Assembly: GCA_963788655.1 (NCBI GenBank)
Contig: CAWBHS010000058.1
Location: 32,001-96,000 of the forward strand
Direction: 5' to 3'
DNA: 64,000 nt
From: an uncultured Verrucomicrobiae bacterium
Lineage (GTDB): Bacteria; Verrucomicrobiota; Verrucomicrobiia; Limisphaerales; JAFGQR01
In this document: positions 63,844 to 64,000 of the stretch, in pieces
Numbering within the stretch: the first letter of the stretch is position 1
Layout of the letters: each line of letters starts with the position of its first letter
The notes under the pieces: model-generated
What the model saw: only the letters and a program-made list of their open reading frames with translations
Databases searched by the model: none
Told to the model about the DNA's origin: nothing
Position numbers and translations under genes: made by a program

Positions 63844-64000
63844 GCAGTGACCTTATGAAGCCACACTCATGGCGTGCCCTTGCCAGAATCGCTACCGGTA
63901 GCTGCCAAGCATCGCTTTGCCTCTTTTGGTTTGCGGCAGCATGCTCAAGAAACGCTCAATCGAATCCTCAAAACGACCAGCAATCTGCAAAACATGACTC

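Overview
GC-rich bacterial DNA, probably Verrucomicrobiota (Pedosphaera/Limisphaera-like; inferred from protein families and repeat types). At least six genes carry single-base indels, which look like long-read assembly errors. From left to right: trpB2; an NMN-adenylyltransferase-like gene; a heptamer tandem array; an integrase-less integron cassette array (Pc-like promoter, attI-like site, three cassettes, three attC sites) followed by a phage-terminase scrap; a TolC/HlyD/ABC exporter; a 12.4-kb glyco-acylation operon next to tRNA-Leu(TAA); an operon of giant purple acid phosphatase, TPR protein and HupE/UreJ protein; a CHASE membrane protein with a His-less HPt domain; a clan-CD protease; a ThuA protein; a ~4,200-aa CotH-kinase/lamin-tail protein; rhomboid; DUF3137; wrbA; ygbA; and a probably truncated GH2. 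The glyco-acylation operon encodes GT2, adenylation enzyme, ACP, Fe-ADH, LuxE, LuxC, GNAT, WecE, methyltransferase and two GT-C-like proteins. Best candidates for new biology: (1) a giant secreted kinase and a giant secreted phosphatase built on the same colinear ~800-aa stalk and ending in the same 'RFYR' C-terminal domain; (2) a V. cholerae WbeKLMNO-like acyl pathway apparently rewired to WecE and a lipid-carrier/GT-C route; (3) nested REP/REPIN palindromes lying in frame inside coding genes.
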